In this document: positions 62,199-64,000 of the stretch, one piece after another
Layout of the letters: each line of letters begins with the position of its first letter
Numbering within the stretch: the first letter of the stretch is position 1
Origin: Antedon mediterranea
Lineage: Eukaryota > Animalia > Echinodermata
Assembly: GCF_964355755.1 (NCBI RefSeq)
Contig: NC_092676.1
Span: 14,402,871-14,466,870 of the forward strand
DNA length: 64,000 nt
Direction: 5' to 3'
Made by a program: the position numbers and the translations under genes
Notes under the pieces: generated by a model
Database searches by the model: none
What the model was told of the DNA's origin: nothing
What the model saw: the letters and a program-made list of their open reading frames with translations, nothing else

Positions 62199-64000
62199 GT
62201 AAGTCAATTTGGTGTTGTACCTGCAGTAGGATGTTCCTTTTTTATATTATATTTTAAATATGAGCAGCTTGCCAATATTTTCAGTGTATGTTGTAAGGTG
62301 CTTTCGGTAAATTATTTAAACCGACAAGAACCGTTTAGATTTTGACCATCATTTAGGCGTGTTTGACATCAACTGTTCTAATTAGTTCATCTAATTCATG
62401 AGATAGACCACATCAAAGATAGTGTAGTAGGAAGATGTCACGCTTCGCTTAAAAATTAGAGAACCTCTCACGACGAGTAGGTATAGACGAATCCAAAACA
62501 TGAGGATCGCACTACGAAAATGGTATGTTTGGAAATAAATTGTAAAAATAATCCAGAAAAAACATCAAACTTCTATTTTTTTGTTTTTTATTATACAAAG
62601 ATAAAAAATAATATGATGTTTTCATACTGTTTTTAAATCTTTTTAATTGTCAATACATTTATTTGGAGTGATTTTTAGAATGACATAACTGTAAACACTT
62701 TTGGTTCCATTTCTTTCCGTACCCAACTTTATTTGGCTAGGATTTATCAATATTATATGCATTTTTAGTAGGTTCTGTAATGCAATGTGTAAATATTTAT
62801 TTGTGTGCTTTTTCCCAATGTGTGTTGTGTTTTTTGTTATAGTAATAGACTTTGCATTTAATTCTGTGTGTTTAAATTGACATGCTTGGTTAGTCAACTT
62901 TGTTCTTTGACCAAGACTTCGTACAATATTGCCTTGACAACGACTTATTCCACGTAGCAGCGCTATACAATCTTTGGTATAACTGGCTAATCTAGCTAAA
63001 CCGGTAGCCTAGCCTATATACTTCATGAAATGTGCATAAATAACAGGTCACACTGACACAATGGACAAATAGTTCTGGGCATGCACAAAGCAATTACTTT
63101 GTTATGTAATCGAGGCATTTGATGTAAGGTTTGTGAGTTTTCCATGTAATTTCACTGTACCCTGGTTCAATTAATACAAAATGTCTGCGGTCGTGTTGTA
63201 AATACATGTTGACTTGTAAACTTGGCATAAAAAGTGATTTAAGAATTGAAACTCGGGAAGTTTAAAAATGTGTCGGGGATGGGGGTTTGCTGTAACGCCG
63301 AGAGTTTACATGTTTGTAAATTTCTAAGACTTGCAAATGAATTGTAAAAATGTTATCATCCTTTAAATAGTCCACATGTGTGAGGAAGAGGGAAAAAAGT
63401 ATGATCGTTTTGCTCATTGGTAGCATGCTGCATAAGAGTGTCTTTTCTGGCCAATTAGATAGCCGTTTATCATGAATGTTATGTGCAAAAGTACCATTTC
63501 CGGCCATCTAAGGGTGTCATTTAACAAAATTCAGGGGGGAAGGGGGGGAGAGGCAGTGACCCAAATACTTAGTGTTCGTAACAGTTTGAAAGATATATTG
63601 TCTCCCTAAAAAATGTTTTTCAAATTTGCTTTTGAATGGGTCGTTTTAATGTCACAAAAAACTGATCAGAAAAAAAAATGTACCTGAAAAAAATGTAATT
63701 TAAAGCAAAAAATACTTCAATGGCCAGTGAGGTGCTATAAAGGGACACTCAAGTGTGAACAAAGTGTATACTATTACAAACAAATCTTTTTAGTATGGAC
63801 TGTTTGATCATAATTCAATGATTATCAGCCTAGATTGACAGTCAAATGGGAGTCATTTGACAGTAAATTTATTAAAAGGTTCATCTGGATCACTGTATAG
63901 TATATTAAATAGTAAATTTTCTTTTGGATGATCCAAAGTCGAATAAAATTTGTAAACTTACGTTTTTTACTCTAGCTTTCGCTGGTCAACAACGCAGCTT

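Noticed and set aside
63976-64000. TMEM135 exon 11 after tctag at the window end
   Set aside because: The phase-1 join gives AFAGQQRS, which does not match the expected GFLAG.SMMFY-type sequence; too short to judge.

Overview
AT-rich eukaryotic (metazoan, probably marine invertebrate; taxon is inference) genomic DNA. It holds the last two coding exons of an ARMC2 orthologue (+) and the first ten coding exons of a TMEM135 orthologue (+, ATG at 16767, continuing past the window); all exons have GT-AG splice sites and join in frame. Introns and the intergenic region are packed with nested transposable elements: CR1/L2/RTE-type LINE fragments, tRNA- and 5S-derived SINEs, Penelope-like elements with minimal hammerhead ribozymes, a Gypsy fragment, a fragmented hAT transposase, Helentron/Helitron derivatives, many MITEs, several satellites, an intronless kinase pseudogene and a near-identical 4.3-4.7 kb tandem duplication joined by a 55-nt poly-T. 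The most unusual signal is a dense record of apparent transposon excision scars. TA is converted to TAGGCCTA (shown against empty sites in three independent repeat alignments) or TAGGCTA, alongside TACAGTA scars and P-element-type CAT..ATG remnants with 7-bp duplications. No prokaryotic features or CRISPR arrays were found. Gene identities rest on recalled protein sequences, not database searches; TE boundaries are approximate unless TSDs are given.
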